A model generated the notes under the pieces. It did no database searches. It was given only the letters and a program-made list of their open reading frames with translations, and had not been told where the DNA came from. The position numbers and the translations under genes are program-made. From the NCBI GenBank assembly GCA_964035575.1, contig OZ037835.1, forward strand, positions 1-64,000: a DNA stretch of 64,000 nucleotides, given 5' to 3'. The DNA comes from Rhynchopus sp. YZ270_cl-10. Its lineage: Eukaryota. This document shows, piece after piece, positions 63,601-64,000 of the stretch (positions are counted from its first letter, which is position 1; each line of letters begins with the position of its first letter).

Positions 63601-64000
63601 AGGCCCGGCCCCTTTGCAGGCTTCCGGAGAGCCACCAAGTTAGCGCCGGCGAAGAACTCAGCCACCTCCACTGGAGCATTTCCTCGTGCCAAAGACGTCA
63701 ACACTGCGGCCAGCGCTGCCAAAGTGCCCTTAGCCCGCCTCTGTAGGCAAAGTGTACGAAGGTGCGCGCCCGTCACGTTCGAGGGACCCGCCGCCGATGA
63801 CTTCGGCATGCTCCGCAGGGCCTTCATCACCTCCACCACTGTCACCGGTGGGACCTCCTGAGGCTGGGGCCAATCCGCCTGCTCCAGGGCCTTGGAGTCG
63901 GCAGCGGCTGGGTGCTTCGTCTGAAGCTTTTCCAGCGTCGCCGGTGTCTGTGGGGCGAGGCCGTCGCTGGTAGCGCAAGACATGGCCTGGCTCGGGAGTC
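57594..64000 (-). mobile_element. CRE-like RLE non-LTR retrotransposon, family 2 (5' part outside the window)
   Basis: Poly(A) appears as T 57594-57633; ~930-nt 3' UTR; long ORF. Confidence 0.92.
58566..64000 (-). CDS. Polyprotein (partial): RT - CCHC - RLE - OTU - Cys finger - coiled coil
   Basis: RPIAVG, DYRNAFN, QGDPLGP, YLDD; CSAC..DHTFGC; RHN..RPGD..DIT; GDCAF..WAD..GHY. Confidence 0.92.
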   Translation of the reverse strand, partial: LPSQAMSCATSDGLAPQTPATLEKLQTKHPAAADSKALEQADWPQPQEVPPVTVVEVMKALRSMPKSSAAGPSNVTGAHLRTLCLQRRAKGTLAALAAVLTSLARGNAPVEVAEFFAGANLVALRKPAKGPGLEEDVRPIAVGDTLRRLVGKILSARVRVPARTLLLRGNQVGVATARGAAVATDVISQYAVRNRGKGKVILKIDYRNAFNCVDRLSMLRAVDANLPELAPWVRWCYLEPSSLYYGGDTIRSQRGAQQGDPLGPLLFSLTIHQMALELKGHPGLDGTLWYLDDGSLRGSPKAVFEAYQVLCTRSSELGLEVNANKCELISTGGVSKEDLEAVGFTLNEGGQDAMGEGGFRLLDVDGFDFLGIPIGSAAFCEEYMAQKVDDSRRNLEALVDLGDSQAAFYVLRYCEGYCRMVFYMRGIPQCAEYLTAFDDLIDRCLAALLHDPDGALPELARAQAALPVALGGLGIRRTVDHRTAASLASQSGNLQLSQALDPAFTWDEERWNSAAEEYNSRVPVAFHVDRAQPKKILEQQSLSSAVIDAQADKLMQQLCMRDRARMKSLLLPLSGTYLTATPSARNQMSSADFAVVTRFRLGVAIHAEGTTCSACQGGQKRVVMDSFGDHTFGCPYSKHRVARHNALRDSVYRAAQGAGLDPALEETVRVELESKKRPGDVYLPVGVAENGPRCLDITHVCPTLPSYRTGASKFVGWSAKNQGQVKREKHERDLNKINTKFSPIVFEAFGGAGDEANLLIAQLGGLTTGQTSHLTGSAELRIRESIAVAYQKKVASSFLERGAMCVGIATLKREPCVEVDVAPSAEDMDRFGRRSAGAVEPLCDDANPDDDMSRPAPDRSEEQQGKRKRDVKPDHVEPPRKRTGRFDSATVIPEGPGLDVVREWEFLRECPAAQRPRATEQAAKLGASKVTWSFVAGDCAFEALLFATGRTDLSVEGLRQAAVKKVQGRADLSSAAVPNFGVWQRLMTSGDRGDERTWADAIAVAGAGEALEVSVVILNEFARPSLMVPRKRPKAVVLLLHSGDQDAADGSGSIPGHYEPLTMDPALQQHILSFEATGGKGECQSERPMAFVGAREAEASNTFLQCEQCSKLFDASDAHFCCHTCGGLACLHCAQGSKHCPLSQIGRAEYFSALSFLHSNVPAQAASAEGSGDPPPKRAPSPAVPAPEGEDVEEVDTPMAGEEGQQAEQKQQKHEKQRKQQKQQQQKADQEKKEALQRASDAWQQALEVRREHRRSWGPDLAALRGTFGDRQQELSRFLEEQNVRLDQAKAADRHRVEELTARHKRELAEDAKRMHAQYLEDCDRHPEAGESLRAEYDRQRCERHYAFAAKHESEQKATTLLLTAVNLSRQLEAERMVAYGRCFGVVCEGRLFLPCHAVRRAVGDDPEGLEPDCVGDWMALFGPQGASPCPGEFLYCWATQQPWSGNGEGDGDCPESVVARQAVRKIAGEAGYCDTWGKTSAVIVVREGRVSWGTPSRDQLEEEVGRQAEAADSEVRVKVEEMDDDEQEQEEDLDTAMEGADRSLALSVEGIPDQKKQARVRELLRAQSEAWMWTEEERTERGGLFPCLTMGSPVPSSVTKWISLFHYRQGEKQDGRPLLSLPLSTATFTQWYEVMKVVGLHEWSVKEKCKAKSTLHALTDNRSSRGQAFAAESTRRENEARAAREGIGRQPQASSSSSSSSTSVGRGTTTSIAQPAVSTSSSSSSAGRGNATSSAQPAPSPAPKGPQRHAAQGRSNTSNVFTDAVAQATQHVLSPQVVQRGRNGRGGGQKGRQSGGKQGQKGNKRNKRH

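Overview
Eukaryotic nuclear DNA, most likely from a diplonemid (Euglenozoa), judged by the spliced-leader sequence AACCAACGATT...CAGTTTCTGTACTTCATTG|GT. No host protein-coding gene is evident. Layout: (1) a 4.27-kb (TTTGCGGG)n array; (2) a ~10-kb small-RNA supercluster with 20 intact tRNA genes, a truncated tRNA-His, a 5S copy, U1, U5, U3, U4, U2, SRP RNA, U6, six SL RNA genes and two orphan RNA genes predicted from shared promoter motifs (a ~320-nt vault-RNA-like gene and a ~70-nt gene); four tRNAs have C instead of the near-universal U33; (3) AT-rich spacer DNA with a 401-bp duplication and a ~172-bp satellite; (4) arrays of a ~760-bp non-coding element that inserts and nests at ATTT and has asymmetric inverted repeats; (5) nested mobile elements: three near-identical copies of a CRE-like RLE retrotransposon (the full-length copy has two OTU protease domains and a 5' HDV-like ribozyme), an APE/RT/RNase H LINE with an OTU domain inserted in (CA)n, a second CRE-like family, a Helentron-like non-autonomous element and a TG...CA LTR-like segment. 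All calls were made by eye; no searches were run.
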